Source of the DNA: a virus
Strand: one strand, 5' to 3'
Virus record (IMG/VR): IMGVR_UViG_3300035002_000022
Span: 6,192-70,191 of that record
Length of the DNA stretch: 64,000 bases
How positions within the stretch are numbered: position 1 is the stretch's first letter; the number at the start of each line of letters is the position of its first letter. The notes beneath the pieces were generated by a model. That model saw nothing but the letters and a program-made list of their open reading frames with translations. It did no database searches and was not told the DNA's origin. Shown one piece after another: positions 53,200 to 63,726 of the stretch. A program made the translations under genes and the position numbers.

Positions 53200-53908
53200 G
53201 TTTGCCTACGATGCCTCATCCGGTCGTTACCGTGCCACCAGTGGTGCGGGCAAGGGGCAGTACATCAGCAGTAAGGCTATAACCGCTCTCACTGAGTCCT
53301 ACATTGACCAGTCAAAAGAGAAGGCGCGATCGCTCACCTCTGATCTGTTAGCGGGAAATCTGCGAGTAGGTGAATGGGAGAAGGCGATCGCGCTTGAATT
53401 GAAGTCTGCCCACATCAACGCTTTCACTTTAGGCAGAGGTGGTCAAGCACGGTTAGAAACGGCAAAAGAGCGATCGTATGGGCTGATTGGTGCCGAACTG
53501 AAGAAAGAATACGGCTATCTCAGGGGCTTCAGCAAAGATATTTTGGCAGGCTACCTGAGTGAGTTGCAAATACAAAACCGCGTCTCTATGTACCTGGATG
53601 CCCTACACGGCAGTTTTGAGCTAGGAAGGTTAGAAGCACATAAAGCAGACGGCTTCATCAGAGAACGGCGCATTAGAGACTCTAGAGAATCGTGTGATGA
53701 CTGCGTTGGGTACGCCGCTCAAGGGTGGGTAGACATTGGCTCACTACCGAATCCTGGCGACAAGTCGAGTTGCCGATCGATGTGCCGCTGTAGCAAGCAG
53801 TTCGACAAAGGCGATAGTGGTCAGGATAGTTTGTTAGCGCGATCGTGGGGATGGACAGGTGCTGCAATCTCTAGACCGCTGAGTATGATGGCTTTAAGTA
53901 AGAGTTAG
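53186..53908 (+). CDS. minor head (Mu F/SPP1 gp7-like) protein
   Basis: ESCDDCVGYAAQGWVDIGSLPNPG..CRSMCRC C-terminal motif. Confidence 0.75.
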   Translation: MASREFAYDASSGRYRATSGAGKGQYISSKAITALTESYIDQSKEKARSLTSDLLAGNLRVGEWEKAIALELKSAHINAFTLGRGGQARLETAKERSYGLIGAELKKEYGYLRGFSKDILAGYLSELQIQNRVSMYLDALHGSFELGRLEAHKADGFIRERRIRDSRESCDDCVGYAAQGWVDIGSLPNPGDKSSCRSMCRCSKQFDKGDSGQDSLLARSWGWTGAAISRPLSMMALSKS

Positions 53909-53912
53909 AACA

Positions 53913-54683
53913 ATGCTGCAATTCCCATCGTTTGATAGCGCGATCGCGTCCGTCCCTGGCATGGGGCAACCTGAACCCTGGCAACTAGACCAGATGAACA
54001 AATTCAGACCCAAAGGCATGAAGCCCTACACAGCCGATCAGATGGTATCGGTGCCCATGCTGGCATCCCACAACCTGATGAGCTTCAGTAATGGCGTGTG
54101 GGATGACCAATCGATTGAAAGCATGGCGGCATTCTTCCCCGGCAAGCCCATGAACCTTAACCACTCGTGGGAGGACGTGCAGCAAAATGTCGGGTTTGTA
54201 TACTCTGCCTATGCCATCCAGACACCAGACGCACCCGTTAACATTCTGAATGCGGCTGATTATTTTGACATCAACCGAAGCATCGTCGCTAACCACGGCT
54301 TTCAATTCTTGCTGACCTATGCTGCGTTCCCTGCTGATAGTCCAGCGGTCAATGCAATCGGCTACGGCATGGCAAAAGATGTAAGTACAGGTGGCATCAC
54401 TGACAGCACGATGATTTGCCCCTTGTGCGATGGGGAGTTCTTCACTGATGAATGTGACGGGCACATGCCACCCCACCCCATGCTGCTATTCTTTTTGGGC
54501 GATGAGGAAGGGATTGATTGGGCACCTTATTACATTCGTGCTGGTTTCCACACCGCTGTAGAGCTGACCCTATGCGTCAGTGGCAATTTACCCGGCGCTG
54601 AAGTGCTGACAGAACCTGAAGAAGCAGGTGATCCAGTAGAGGAAGAAGCAGGGCAGGCGATCGGGCTTCAGGTGATTCGTTAG
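53913..54683 (+). CDS. prohead protease-like protein
   Basis: LNHSW and DVSTGG motifs, CPLC Zn insert; position before the capsid gene. Confidence 0.55.
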   Translation: MLQFPSFDSAIASVPGMGQPEPWQLDQMNKFRPKGMKPYTADQMVSVPMLASHNLMSFSNGVWDDQSIESMAAFFPGKPMNLNHSWEDVQQNVGFVYSAYAIQTPDAPVNILNAADYFDINRSIVANHGFQFLLTYAAFPADSPAVNAIGYGMAKDVSTGGITDSTMICPLCDGEFFTDECDGHMPPHPMLLFFLGDEEGIDWAPYYIRAGFHTAVELTLCVSGNLPGAEVLTEPEEAGDPVEEEAGQAIGLQVIR

Positions 54684-54907
54684 TAATTGATGAAGTAAGC
54701 TCGCTCTACGAAGGCGCTGTTGATTGCATTAATCATTCTGCGGTTTGGATGAAGATTGCCAGATTCAATTATTTCTAATTGCGAAAGATCTATATCAATA
54801 TCTTTAGCAAGATGCTCTTGCGCCATCCCTAACCGCTGACGCATTTCTCGTATTGCCTGACCACCCACACTCTCGCTTAATGTTAATTCTCTATATCTAG
54901 TCATCAT
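54680..54907 (-). CDS. XRE HTH regulator
   Basis: AIREMRQRLGMAQEHLAKDIDIDLSQLEIIESG. Confidence 0.8.
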   Translation of the reverse strand: MMTRYRELTLSESVGGQAIREMRQRLGMAQEHLAKDIDIDLSQLEIIESGNLHPNRRMINAINSAFVERAYFINY

Positions 54908-55134
54908 CCCTCCAAATCTGGTAACGGTTTTTCTACTAACAGTCGGGCATCAATCTTCAAGGCATGGGCGATCGGAAATAAACAGGTGGCAGGCAGAGTG
55001 CGTCCACGCTCAATACTGCTAACCCATCGCTGCGATCGACCCAGTACAGATCCAAGCTTTGCTTGAGAAAGTTCTAAAGACAATCTTCTGATTCTGATAT
55101 TACGAGCAAGGATTCTATCAGGATCGTGCAACAC
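54904..55134 (-). CDS. XRE HTH regulator
   Basis: NIRIRRLSLELSQAKLGSVLGRSQRWVSSIERG. Confidence 0.85.
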   Translation of the reverse strand: MLHDPDRILARNIRIRRLSLELSQAKLGSVLGRSQRWVSSIERGRTLPATCLFPIAHALKIDARLLVEKPLPDLEG

Positions 55135-55240
55135 TTTTTAGTCTCAATCCCGCTAACTTAGCCAAATACTGGTTACAACCAATTATACCCGCAGAGATAG
55201 AGGGCAGCATGTAATTAAAGTTTCTGAAAACTGCTGCCCA

Positions 55241-57097
55241 ATGCGTACCCGTAAACAATCTGTGTTCGTAAAAGACGAACTGAACCAGGATGCAGCCATG
55301 AGCGAGACGGATCGCATTGTGGCTGCTGCTAAAGCTTCAATCGCCTCCAAGTCTGCCAACAGTGGTAAAGGCTTCACCAAAGATTCTACAGCGGCAACTG
55401 TCGCGGTGACACCTGAACCAGAAAAAGAGCCAACCGAAGAGCCTGAACCCGTAGCGCCTAAAGTTGAGCCAGTTACAGAAGTAGCTGCTGAATCTGTAGC
55501 TGTGACCGCTTCTATTACGGCTGATCAATTGGCTGATGTTGTTAGCAGTGCCGTGCAAGCTGCGATCGCACAGCACAAAACGGAAACTGATAGCGCGATC
55601 GCGTCAATCAAAGAACAATCGCAAACACAAATTGACGCTGCCAAAGCCGCTGAACAGGAAGCCAGAGACAAGGCTGAAGCATCTGAAGCGTCACGCCTGA
55701 ACCTAGTGAAAGCTTTCAACCTTGACAAACTCTCTGGAGAACAAACACCCGTGACCAGCAAAGAGGCAGGGATGCCGATGGTAAACCGTCTCACTTCTAC
55801 CAAGTCGGACGTGCCGATCGGTTCGGTTAAAGAGTTTCTAGAACTGGCTCAGTCATTGCCTAAAGTCGTTCGCAACTCGCAACGCGCTGGGCAAATGGTT
55901 TCTTACGACTGGCGTGAGCTTGACGCTTACACCCGCGACAACAAGAAGCAGATGATCAAGGATATGGAATCCTGGGGTAAGGGCATTGGCTTGTTCCGAG
56001 GTTCCAACCAAATTACTACTGATTCGGCGACCATCATCAACAACATCCCCGGCGGTTTCCTGGAAACGTTATCAAGCATGATGCGTTCCAATAACCGCCC
56101 TGCCTACGTGTTCTGGCAATTCATTGATTATCAATTCGATTTTGCCGCTCGTATGGGTAGCACAATTGACATCCCTCGCGCTGCTTACATCACCGGACCA
56201 CAGCAAGCTAGCGATCGTCTACTGTCTGGCGGCGGCGTTTACTACCCAATCGATGCAGCCCGTCAGCCTGTACAAACAGGGATTGTGCCTGTCACGATCA
56301 AGGAATGGGGTTTAGGCAAGGATTCGACCGCAGCGCCGATCGGTATACCTACGTTTGTCGAAGCCTATTCAATGATCAACCTGCTCGACATCGTGAATCG
56401 CAACCTGATGCACGATTTTTACGCTTGGGAAGATCAAAGCGTGATTGAAGCGTGGGACGATACCAGCCGAGTCGTCTACAACAATGGTGGCGAGGTCACA
56501 ACGCTAGCATCGGATGTTGTTGCCACTAAAGATGGCACGATGACTGAAGATTACCTGCTGTCAATGTTTGGCTACATGCAAGATTTGCAGATTCCTACTC
56601 TGACCGATGGTTGCTATATCGGCTGGCTCAATTCTCGCTCTGTCACTCAGCTTAAAAAGTCTTTCCAAACCGTCTGGCAAGCCTCCACGCCTGAAGAATT
56701 AAGCGATCTGACCAACATCCTTAATCCTGGCGTCTTGAATGACACAGGCAAGATCAACGGCTATGTTGGCAACTACGGCGGCTTCCACCTGTTTACTTCA
56801 AACAACTGGGGGAATGTTTCTGGTCGTGGTTTGCAAACAGAGACGATCGGCGTGACAGCTGGCACCGAAACCCGCAAAAATTACTTTGCAGGGGTGAACA
56901 CGATCGCTAAAGGCGTAGGGATGCCAGTAGAAATTCGTCAGGACAGCTTGACTAACTTCGATCGTATACATAGTTTTACGTGGCTAGAACACTCATCGGG
57001 GTGTATCGGCATCGATGTTGACGGCGCAGGTGATACGTCGCTCGTGCCCCAGCAATTACGTGTGATTGAATCGCGCAACACGACAATCAAGCAATAG
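55241..57097 (+). CDS. major capsid protein with fused N-terminal scaffold domain
   Basis: About 170-aa acidic Ala-rich N-terminus, then a capsid-like body (MGSTIDIPR, DGCYIGWLNSRSVTQL). Confidence 0.8.
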   Translation: MRTRKQSVFVKDELNQDAAMSETDRIVAAAKASIASKSANSGKGFTKDSTAATVAVTPEPEKEPTEEPEPVAPKVEPVTEVAAESVAVTASITADQLADVVSSAVQAAIAQHKTETDSAIASIKEQSQTQIDAAKAAEQEARDKAEASEASRLNLVKAFNLDKLSGEQTPVTSKEAGMPMVNRLTSTKSDVPIGSVKEFLELAQSLPKVVRNSQRAGQMVSYDWRELDAYTRDNKKQMIKDMESWGKGIGLFRGSNQITTDSATIINNIPGGFLETLSSMMRSNNRPAYVFWQFIDYQFDFAARMGSTIDIPRAAYITGPQQASDRLLSGGGVYYPIDAARQPVQTGIVPVTIKEWGLGKDSTAAPIGIPTFVEAYSMINLLDIVNRNLMHDFYAWEDQSVIEAWDDTSRVVYNNGGEVTTLASDVVATKDGTMTEDYLLSMFGYMQDLQIPTLTDGCYIGWLNSRSVTQLKKSFQTVWQASTPEELSDLTNILNPGVLNDTGKINGYVGNYGGFHLFTSNNWGNVSGRGLQTETIGVTAGTETRKNYFAGVNTIAKGVGMPVEIRQDSLTNFDRIHSFTWLEHSSGCIGIDVDGAGDTSLVPQQLRVIESRNTTIKQ

Positions 57098-57120
57098 ATC
57101 AGCACTGAGGAATATTCACC

Positions 57121-57510
57121 ATGCCTGATCTAACTGCCCGCGCCAATGAAATCAGATCGCTGCATTGGAAGCGCCAAAAGCAAATGGCTGACGCGCTTGG
57201 CTTAGTTAAACCTGACTCTGTGAGTTGGGATGAGCTTGCCGAAACGATCGCAGAAGCTGAAGCGACCAACCCTGACGCAGCGGCGATCGAATCACAATTA
57301 CCTGCCGAAAATTCTGAAGACGATCCGGCAGTGATGCCAGGTGCTGTCACAGAACTTGGAGAGGATGTATTAATTGCGCCTCTCGCGCTGAGTTTTGCGC
57401 TGCGTGGCAACGTTTGCCCTGCCTGCAATGAAAAGCTACGCTCCGACAATAACGGGGTTTTCTGCCCTGTCTTTAATGCTGATTGCCCACGTAACCGAAA
57501 GGTAAGCTAA
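57121..57510 (+). CDS. head accessory protein with Zn ribbon
   Basis: CPAC..FCPV..DCP; GAGG RBS. Confidence 0.55.
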   Translation: MPDLTARANEIRSLHWKRQKQMADALGLVKPDSVSWDELAETIAEAEATNPDAAAIESQLPAENSEDDPAVMPGAVTELGEDVLIAPLALSFALRGNVCPACNEKLRSDNNGVFCPVFNADCPRNRKVS

Positions 57511-57918
57511 ATGGCTGTTTCTATCCCTGTTAAAGCCACCCGACTGCATCAAGACGACCTAGGTGGCTTGGTCAAAGTGCAATACGATTTTGCTGTCCAC
57601 GGTGGCGCGATCGGTGCTATCGCCATCCCGCTGCTGCTGCCAAATAAAGCTGTCATCTTTGACGGTTTTATGGATGTTGTCACTGCTCCAACGTCATCAG
57701 GCTCTGCCACGATCGCAGCTGGCTTCAATACAACTACCGACATTAAAGCAGCTACGGCGATCGCCTCTTACACAGGCATTGTTGCGGTTGTTCCTGTTGG
57801 CACGGCTGCGGCTGCTCTGAAATTAACCGCAGATCGACAGTTGACGCTCACTGTTGCAGTGGCAGCTTTGACTGCTGGCAAGATTAACTTCTTCTTCAAG
57901 TATTTCATCAGCGAATAG
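57511..57918 (+). CDS. capsid decoration-like protein
   Basis: 135 aa beta-rich; LTAGKINFFFKY end. Confidence 0.55.
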   Translation: MAVSIPVKATRLHQDDLGGLVKVQYDFAVHGGAIGAIAIPLLLPNKAVIFDGFMDVVTAPTSSGSATIAAGFNTTTDIKAATAIASYTGIVAVVPVGTAAAALKLTADRQLTLTVAVAALTAGKINFFFKYFISE

Positions 57919-57920
57919 CG

Positions 57921-58571
57921 ATGACCGCAATCTTCACTGAAGACGACAAGGATATTTACGCGCCTTCTGTGACTTTGACTGATGATGCTTTGACAGGTGC
58001 GATCTCGTTCTTACAAGCATTAGTTGAAGGAACAGAAGGCGCTAATCGTCCATTGGCGCTCACTCAGTTTGAAGAGATCTTAGAAGTCAATCGCAACCTA
58101 CAAACAGTCAGACTGTCTTATTTGCCGATCGCTGTCAGCCCAGTCATAGCCTTGCAATACCGCTCTGGCAACTATCTTAACCACCACTATCGCCCGGTAG
58201 GAACAAGCGCTTGGCAGTCAATGACAGGCAATAACTACATCCTGGATCGATCGACTGGACAAATCAACCTGAACGCTGAATGGTTGGATTCTTGGGGTCG
58301 GCGTGGTGCATCGCCTGCTACCGAAGTGACAGCAGTCTATACGGCGGGCTATGACTTCACAACCGACTCTTATGATGTGCAGCAGATTAAAGCTCTATTT
58401 GGGCAATTGCTAACTTACCAGCAAAGTGCTCGATTCTTTGGCTTTGAATCTGTAGACGTTGATCAGGAAGTGGCTGTAAAGATGGCACCGACCGCAACAG
58501 TGCCAGTAATCGCTCAAATCCCTAAATCATTACTGCTGCCTTTTAAGAAATACCGACCTAGAGGCACTTAA
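57921..58571 (+). CDS. head-tail connector/adaptor
   Basis: AVYTAGY..VQQIKAL..LLLPFKKYR pattern. Confidence 0.7.
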   Translation: MTAIFTEDDKDIYAPSVTLTDDALTGAISFLQALVEGTEGANRPLALTQFEEILEVNRNLQTVRLSYLPIAVSPVIALQYRSGNYLNHHYRPVGTSAWQSMTGNNYILDRSTGQINLNAEWLDSWGRRGASPATEVTAVYTAGYDFTTDSYDVQQIKALFGQLLTYQQSARFFGFESVDVDQEVAVKMAPTATVPVIAQIPKSLLLPFKKYRPRGT

Positions 58572-58705
58572 TTTGAAACCCGATCGCGCCTCCCTGTCTC
58601 CGCCTTCCTCACCTAACCATGACCACACTGATGAAAAGTAAGAGCAAAGGCAAGGGCGATCGGGCTGTGGTTGTGCTCTGCACAGTTGACTGGAGGTTTT
58701 AGGCG

Positions 58706-61700
58706 ATGGCGCTACAACTTGCTGCTAATGGCTTTGATATTGAGACACTAACAGGTGACGCGGGTACTTATACATGGGCTGATGTTGTCGCACTTGGAAG
58801 CACGAATCTAACTAGCAATACCGATACCAATGGAGTAACCTACTACCGTTGGAAAGGAACGATCACGGTCGGCTCTACAGCCACACTCAATATCCTGGGT
58901 ATCAACCTTGAATTGTTAGGTGTTTCAACTTCTCAGCCAGGATGCATTCGAGCGACAGGCAGTGGTACAGTGAATTTTGGGGAGTCTGTCACAGTTGGCA
59001 GCAACATAGTCTATAAAAACGGTTGTCAACTAACAATTTCTCGTCTTTTTTATAACAGTGCCAACAACGGGGTGCTTTACGCGGCGTTGAGCTACGACAC
59101 TTCCAGCCGTAGCTCAACTGGGGCAAAAATTAACCTTTACGCCACGCAAATTAGAGCGCGTCCTGATTTAGTAGCAGCAGGTATAAAACGCTTAGACCTA
59201 TTTGTATCGAGGATTATAAATACGACAATTGAAAGTGTTGATCCGGCAATCTTGACAGGTGCAGCCGACGCAAAAGGAACGTTTGCCTACTTGCAACCCT
59301 CTGGCACAATGGCAGATTCAACCATAATTTATGCTGCTACAGAGTTTGTCACTACTGCCACGCTAAGCGGTGTAAACCGCATCTATCAGCCGTATACAGG
59401 GATTGTTGCTTTTAGCGCACTTGATATTACAGCCGCAATTATTGACTCTACTTACGATTACTTTAGTGCCAAAAATTCGGGTATAAAAGTTGTTAACTCC
59501 CCGCTAGTAGACCTCACAAAAGGTTTGATTTATTGGGTCAACGCTGCAACCGTTGAAGCCACAAAAATTTATACGCATGACCTTAAAATTACAGACGGCG
59601 GTGGCAATGTCAACAACGCTTTTGTAGTGTATACAGGCTATTCCAACCTGAACAATACGAGTGCCCCAGATGGCTCTGTAGGTCGATTTCGTCTTGTCTC
59701 CGAGCGCACTAATCTCGGTAGTGGTTATTATACAGGTGGAGGGGATTACCTCAGCTTCTTCCCAACTCCGATTCCAACCGTTTCTACCTCTAGTTACACG
59801 CGGCAAATTCGCAGCTATTTGCATCAAGAGGAAGCAGAAACACTTACTATTGATTCTCAAATTGGATCGACAACATTACCTTCTACGATCAAACTTGCTG
59901 TTGATGCAGGTATCACGCAAACCAACACCACAACAGTTGGAGCTTATACGGGAATTACAAACGCTTCCGCCTTAATAACTCTTTCTGGCAGCCTGTCTCT
60001 AGCTCAAGTTTACGATTCACGCAAATTGTACTGGCGTAACACAGACAGCATCACAGCACCTTTTCGCAGTGGGCAGTTAGCTGATTTTGGGAACACTAAT
60101 TTGACAATCGCCTCTGGTGGCGTTCTCAATGCTTCTACCGCTAAATTTTCAGATGGCTTCAAATCAAACGGCACAATCACGCTACTTTCTCCCTCCAGTC
60201 TCACAACCACATTTCAAACGGATAGCGGCACAGTAGCGCTTCAAGCGGGCGGAGACTATCGACCAATTGCAGCAACAGTTGGAGCGACAGCCACAATCAC
60301 GGTAGCGGCTGACACCGACATCTCAACTTGGGAGCTAGCGGCAGGCGCTACAATCAATCGTTCCGGTACTGGCACTCGTTTGGTCACGGTTAAAACATTA
60401 ACTGGCATCGCAGCGGGTACTGACGTAACGCTACAAACGCCTGTGACAACAATCACTATCTCAGGTATTCCAACAGGTGCTAATGCTATTTTAGGTGTCA
60501 TTGATCTAACGACAATGGCTCAGACGTTCCCCACGATCACAGGGGGCACTGCAACAATCCCTGTTAATCCAGCACGTAGTTATTTTATCGCTTGCGATGC
60601 TAGAGGCTATCTCAGAGAAACGGTAACGCTAGCTGGTAACGTGCCTAGCTACACATTTAACCTAACTAACTTCAGGTCACTCTACGATGCTGGTGTTAGC
60701 CGCTCAAGTGATATTAGTTTCAATACAAGCACGTTTGAGGTGATGATTGGTAGTGGCACGGCTAATCTGTCATTGGCTGATGTTTTCCATACAATCGAGG
60801 ATTACCTAGCAACTCCTGAAGCTGTCTTTTTTAGTACTCCTCCCTATCCACAAATCGTTTCTACTGGATCTGGTACTGCAAGACAATATTTAATTTTCCC
60901 ATATGATGCTGTTGCAGGAACACCAAACCCAGTACGCATTAAACCCAAAACAACAAACACATCAGATCCAACGCTGACCGACTTTGTGATTGTTCATGAA
61001 GGTTCGACAGCACCACTATTTACTATTTTCGATTTTACTGGTGCTAGTGGTAGAACGATTCGCTTTCAAACCGAAGCAGTAGCAGCGAGTGTAACAGTGA
61101 GTGGTAGTGGCGCTTTAACAACTGAGCAGTCAGCTCAGTTAACGGCTCTCAGCGCTACGCTATCAGATTCAGGCGTATTCAGTACAGGCGCTTTAGTCAA
61201 CACAAAAGGCGTAATTGGGCTTGCTACTGCAAACTTGGACACACAGCTAACAGGAATCAATACAAATATCGATCAAATTCCGTTAACAGATTATAGCGAG
61301 GATATTACAACTATCAAGGACAAAGTTAATCCGTTAACCTATACAGTCACAAATCAAGTTGATTCCAATCCAATCAATCGTACCGGCTTCAATCTTTCTA
61401 GTGCTGGAATACAAGCCATCTGGAACGCCCTGGTATCTAGTTTCACTGCTGATGGTACTATCGGCAAATACATTGTCGATTATTTAGACGGTATTGTCGG
61501 TTTAGCAGCAGGTAGCAACTTAATCGTCACAGCGATTCAAGAAAGAACAAATCAATTGTCTTTCACAGATGGTAAAGTTGATGCTCAAATTAACAATTTG
61601 CCTGCCATTCCAAACAATTGGATTACCGCAGCAGGCATCGCCACTGACGCTATTGATGCTGATGCTTTAGCTACAAGTGCTGTCACTGAGATTCAATCAG

Positions 61701-62374
61701 GGCTATCGACCTACAGCGGTGGCGATACAGCAGGTACTACAACGCTACTCAGTCGCCTCTCGGTGGCAAGGTCGGGATACCTAGACAACCTAACTAACCT
61801 TGATGCGTCAGTGTCAGCGCGTCCAACGCTAACGCAGATAGAAGACTCTACAGTACTGTTCAAAACCTCTCAATATACCGCACCCGCGAATAGTGTTATT
61901 TTGAGCGCGATCGGCAATATCCCCACTGTTGTTTACACGTCTACGCTAAGCAGCATCTTGTCGAGCGTGAACGGTATCCCCAACACTCCATTGCTGGTTG
62001 GTGATAGCCGCTTGAATTTCCTGGATGCGTCGATCGCAGCTATCCCCACGACAAAAACGGGCTACTCGCTAACAGGTGGCGAAAGAACAGCGATCGCTAC
62101 AGCCGTTGAAACACAACTGACGAGCGAATTTGAAGCACTCCCCACCGCCACAGAAATCAGAGAAGAGATGGACGCGAATAGCAAACTGGTAGCGATCGAC
62201 ACTAACGCCCAGATTGCAAGACAGGGAGTCACCAACCGTTACAAAATCGATGAGGATGCCAATACAGGCACACTGTACGCTGATGATGGCACTACACCGA
62301 TTGCAGTGCAAAACCTGCTAGACAAAGATGGTAATCCTGCCAGTACGCAAACTTACGAGAGGGTACCGCAATAG
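58706..62374 (+). CDS. large fibre/appendage structural protein
   Basis: 1222 aa, Thr/Ser/Gly-rich beta domains; TDAIDADALATSAVTEIQSGL motif; GGAGG RBS. Confidence 0.65.
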   Translation: MALQLAANGFDIETLTGDAGTYTWADVVALGSTNLTSNTDTNGVTYYRWKGTITVGSTATLNILGINLELLGVSTSQPGCIRATGSGTVNFGESVTVGSNIVYKNGCQLTISRLFYNSANNGVLYAALSYDTSSRSSTGAKINLYATQIRARPDLVAAGIKRLDLFVSRIINTTIESVDPAILTGAADAKGTFAYLQPSGTMADSTIIYAATEFVTTATLSGVNRIYQPYTGIVAFSALDITAAIIDSTYDYFSAKNSGIKVVNSPLVDLTKGLIYWVNAATVEATKIYTHDLKITDGGGNVNNAFVVYTGYSNLNNTSAPDGSVGRFRLVSERTNLGSGYYTGGGDYLSFFPTPIPTVSTSSYTRQIRSYLHQEEAETLTIDSQIGSTTLPSTIKLAVDAGITQTNTTTVGAYTGITNASALITLSGSLSLAQVYDSRKLYWRNTDSITAPFRSGQLADFGNTNLTIASGGVLNASTAKFSDGFKSNGTITLLSPSSLTTTFQTDSGTVALQAGGDYRPIAATVGATATITVAADTDISTWELAAGATINRSGTGTRLVTVKTLTGIAAGTDVTLQTPVTTITISGIPTGANAILGVIDLTTMAQTFPTITGGTATIPVNPARSYFIACDARGYLRETVTLAGNVPSYTFNLTNFRSLYDAGVSRSSDISFNTSTFEVMIGSGTANLSLADVFHTIEDYLATPEAVFFSTPPYPQIVSTGSGTARQYLIFPYDAVAGTPNPVRIKPKTTNTSDPTLTDFVIVHEGSTAPLFTIFDFTGASGRTIRFQTEAVAASVTVSGSGALTTEQSAQLTALSATLSDSGVFSTGALVNTKGVIGLATANLDTQLTGINTNIDQIPLTDYSEDITTIKDKVNPLTYTVTNQVDSNPINRTGFNLSSAGIQAIWNALVSSFTADGTIGKYIVDYLDGIVGLAAGSNLIVTAIQERTNQLSFTDGKVDAQINNLPAIPNNWITAAGIATDAIDADALATSAVTEIQSGLSTYSGGDTAGTTTLLSRLSVARSGYLDNLTNLDASVSARPTLTQIEDSTVLFKTSQYTAPANSVILSAIGNIPTVVYTSTLSSILSSVNGIPNTPLLVGDSRLNFLDASIAAIPTTKTGYSLTGGERTAIATAVETQLTSEFEALPTATEIREEMDANSKLVAIDTNAQIARQGVTNRYKIDEDANTGTLYADDGTTPIAVQNLLDKDGNPASTQTYERVPQ

Positions 62375-62602
62375 TGTTGTTCCCTTCAGGCGTGAACCCA
62401 GACAGCACAAATCCGGGCTTCCCGTTGGGCATCGACCCAGCAACACTGCTCGTCCTAATCCTGATTACTTGCCTCACATTCACCCCGGCACCAGCATCTA
62501 TTGTCACCTTCACTTTTATCAGTCCTTCAGCAACACTCGCATGGTTCTCAGTGCTGAGCGACCTTACCTTTACCGATCGCCCTACCGTTGAGGTCGTCTT
62601 CA

Positions 62603-63040
62603 ATGCCAATCACACAGCTTGCCCTTAAACCAGATTTGACGATCGGGAATGACCCGGCAGTCTACGCCTTTGACTTGGTGATCAATGGAGAAGTCGTCGC
62701 CACAGCGCAGCCAACCACCGTGATTAAAGTGGGCGTAAAGGCGATCGGACAAACCGCCCTACTGGTTCCTGCTACTACAGCTACGCTGACTCCTGGCAAC
62801 CCTACGATCGGCAAATGGACGGTCAGTTTTAGCAACACCACTACGCTGCTGCAAGACCCTGCCAACCTTGGTAGCGCCATGCTCAAAGAATTGCTGAAAT
62901 ATCCAGACGATCGCGCGGACGATGTGACTGGGCTGCCCACTGGCTTTTGTAAGGCTTTAGTGGAACTTCAGATTGGTGCACCCTATAACAAACGCACGGA
63001 GCAGGCGTTAATTTATATCGGCAAGGGGTTGATCGCTTAA
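62603..63040 (+). CDS. BppU-like beta-sandwich structural protein
   Basis: MPITQLALKPDLTIGNDP..GKWTVSFS..VELQI. Confidence 0.5.
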   Translation: MPITQLALKPDLTIGNDPAVYAFDLVINGEVVATAQPTTVIKVGVKAIGQTALLVPATTATLTPGNPTIGKWTVSFSNTTTLLQDPANLGSAMLKELLKYPDDRADDVTGLPTGFCKALVELQIGAPYNKRTEQALIYIGKGLIA

Positions 63041-63043
63041 ACC

Positions 63044-63199
63044 ATGCCTGAACTAACTTGGCTTGAAAGCCGCGAGACTCTACTCAAATACGCTATGGTG
63101 CAAGCGCTTAACACAATGCCCTGGTGGATGCCTGCAAGCTGGGCGATCGCGCTGGCTGAGCGTAGGGCTAAGGCAGTGTGCGATCGGCTTGCCCAATGA
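63044..63199 (+). CDS. small hypothetical protein (51 aa, read by hand)
   Basis: Stop overlaps the acyltransferase ATG (ATGA). Confidence 0.45.
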   Translation: MPELTWLESRETLLKYAMVQALNTMPWWMPASWAIALAERRAKAVCDRLAQ

Positions 63200-63726
63200 A
63201 CCGCTTGATCCTTCCCACGCTCCAAGGCGACCAACAGCGGCAAGTGCTGAACGAATTGGCATCAGCAGACCGTATTAATAACGTCGATCGCCTGAACATT
63301 TACCGTCTTTTCGGGTTAGGTGCTGGCGATAAAGTATCGATCGCCTCACTCTGTTTCTTTACTCATCTGGACCTGAGCGCTGTCACTCTAGGCAGCGAAG
63401 TCTATATCAACCACGCCGTTTACTTTGACAACGGGGCAAGCATTACGGTGGGCGATCGCGTAGACATCGGCGATCATTGCCGTTTGCTCACTGGTACCCA
63501 TGCGATCGGTTCTGCCCATGAACGCGCTGGGTATGGCTGTGTACGCAAACCCATCAGTATCGGCGCTGGCTCGTGGCTAGGATCTGGAGTGACGGTGTTG
63601 CCAGGGGTAGAGATCGGGCTTGGATGCGTGATTGGTGCCGGGGCTGTGGTCAACCGCGATTGTGAGGATGGGTGGCTCTATGCTGGGGTGCCTGCCAGGA
63701 AGGTGCGGCTGTTGCCAACACTCTAG
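63196..63726 (+). CDS. hexapeptide-repeat O-acyltransferase (maltose/galactoside acetyltransferase-like)
   Basis: ITVGDRVDIG..LLTGTH..PISIGAGSWLGSGVTVLPGVEIG..VIGAGAVV..AGVPAR. Confidence 0.9.
   Translation: MNRLILPTLQGDQQRQVLNELASADRINNVDRLNIYRLFGLGAGDKVSIASLCFFTHLDLSAVTLGSEVYINHAVYFDNGASITVGDRVDIGDHCRLLTGTHAIGSAHERAGYGCVRKPISIGAGSWLGSGVTVLPGVEIGLGCVIGAGAVVNRDCEDGWLYAGVPARKVRLLPTL

Noticed and set aside
62292-62628. Gene call between the fibre and the BppU-like gene
   Set aside because: Three overlapping ORFs on both strands with no motif; the real one could not be chosen
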